The notes under the pieces: generated by a model
Told to the model about the DNA's origin: nothing
What the model saw: only the letters and a program-made list of their open reading frames with translations
Databases searched by the model: none
Assembly: GCF_003704095.1 (NCBI RefSeq)
Contig: NW_020847569.1
Location: forward strand, 310,001 to 374,000
Source: Pocillopora damicornis
Taxonomy: Eukaryota
Direction of reading: 5' to 3'
DNA: 64,000 nt
Made by a program: the position numbers and the translations under genes
Part shown: in pieces, positions 62,627-64,000 of the stretch
How positions within the stretch are numbered: the stretch's first letter is position 1
Layout: each line of letters starts with the position of its first letter

Positions 62627-64000
62627 ATGGCGGGCCTACAATGCTTTGGTTGTGGACAAGGATTTGGCTTCTTCAGACGAGAGGTTAGTTTCACATTTCT
62701 CCTTTGAATGAAAACTCTTAGGCGCTTTATTTTTCACGATATATTCTGCGAGTCTTTAATGAACGGTGGCCTGTGTCTGGCTTACAAGAACTAAATTTCT
62801 TTGTGAGCTCTCTTCTCAAAAGTACTAGTGACACTACGAAAAGTTTACGTTTGCTGTACAGTTTTGTAACTTACTGTTACATAAGATCCAACTTTATTGT
62901 GCACTGTGTCAAGATTCATGCATTCTTCTCCCAAACTCGGTTCCCCACTTTTGTGGACAATTTGATCGATATCAACTAGATATTTGTTGCAAAGCGCGCT
63001 AACTTGTCTCTATTTTTTTTATCATTACTATCTGTTGTAACCTCAGCATGGATGTAAGAAATGTGGACGACTTTTTTGCTCTGGATGCACTTCTCAGTCA
63101 ATTATTCTACCACAACATGGATCAAAGAAAATGAAAGTCTGTGATCAATGCTACAGGACTTTGACGAGGTTAGTTGACTGCAACTAAATCTACAAAATTG
63201 TTGTGTTTCTGCAGTCATATCTTGCAGTTTAGATATACATCGTCATAAGCAGAGAGGTTCAATTTTTTACCTAGTACCAAAACTCAAGTGAACTGGTTCT
63301 GAGTCCATATGATTTCAGTATACTCTAAGAAAGTGGGCAGTCATACATTAAGTTAATTGCTATGTCTTGAATAAGGGTCGTTTCCTTCAATTACCTTTAC
63401 TACTAGACACATTTTTTGGAAAATTTACTACCTCCCCTGCCCCAGCCAATGTTGGTCTGCAAGATGACATGGATATAATATTATTGGTAATTAACAACAT
63501 TGGGAGAGGGAGGAAGGCAAAAAAAAAATCAAAGACATTGTTCTGGAGAAGTGCCCCAACTAATTATGACTGGGAGGGTACACTTTAGTTCATGTTCATT
63601 AAAAATAATCTTAGGCTCATGCTTAAGAGGAAGGTTGTTGAATGGATTTTTTCCTTTTTTTCTGTTACAGAGACTCACAAAAACAAACTCAAACCAGAGA
63701 TAGAAGCGACTTAAATGACCTAAACAAAAACACTGCTTTACACAGACCTGTTTTAAGCACTTGTGAGGTAAATGACAGTCTACACTCATTATTGATTTGG
63801 TCCTTTTGATACTAGTTATTTTTGAGAAATAATGCATTTTTTGAAGATGGCAATATAAAAACAATGAAATCAAACTAATGAAAGTTTTCTGAATTATTTT
63901 TCAGAAAGGTGATCCACAAGATGGATTAGGAAAAACAGTCATTACAAGAGCTGAATCTTTAGAACATGAAAATTCTTCAATAGATCCTGATGAGGCAATT
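62627..64000 (+). CDS. ZFYVE19: Abscission/NoCut checkpoint regulator (atypical FYVE zinc finger), 5' partial
   Basis: Exons 62627-62683 (MAGLQCFGCGQGFGFFRRE), 63047-63168 (HGCKKCGRLFCSGC..KVCDQCY), 63671-63767, 63905-64000. The N-terminal FYVE lacks WxxD and has REHGC in place of RRHHC, as in ANCHR. Runs off the window end. Confidence 0.85.

Noticed and set aside
63985-64000. CTGATGAG as a hammerhead core
   Set aside because: It lies in ZFYVE19 coding sequence (PDEAI) and no GAAA or helices are visible.

Overview
AT-rich, intron-containing animal DNA with scaffold N-gaps. The repeat families and gene content resemble a stony coral (Scleractinia); this is an inference. I reconstructed genes by hand from GT-AG boundaries and exon phases. 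(1) The dominant feature is a cluster of four paralogues sharing a C-terminal module of about 230 aa, which I recognise as the coral 'uncharacterized skeletal organic matrix protein 5' (USOMP5)-like domain with a fibrinogen-like SCKE...YC...GGWTLVMK start. The N-termini differ. Genes A (7629-14774, -) and B (17009-32391, -) are type II membrane proteins with a Tyr-motif tail, TM, coiled-coil stalk and EGF. Gene C (45627-49135, -) is secreted, with PAN, EGF and cbEGF. Gene D (52354-59725, +) has stalk, EGF and an inserted ILEI/GG-lectin cassette, and its 5' end has decayed. (2) An orphan type I membrane protein gene lies at about 38471-42272 (-). (3) COA4 (-) and the 5' part of ZFYVE19/ANCHR (+) are head-to-head with 93 bp between start codons. 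(4) Mobile DNA is abundant: a dead CR1/L2-type LINE, tRNA-derived SINEs, piggyBac-, Tc1- and Harbinger-like MITEs, a probable CACTA-derived minisatellite-bearing element inflating gene B intron 1, and Penelope-type repeats with minimal hammerhead ribozyme motifs. There are no rRNA, genuine tRNA or CRISPR features.
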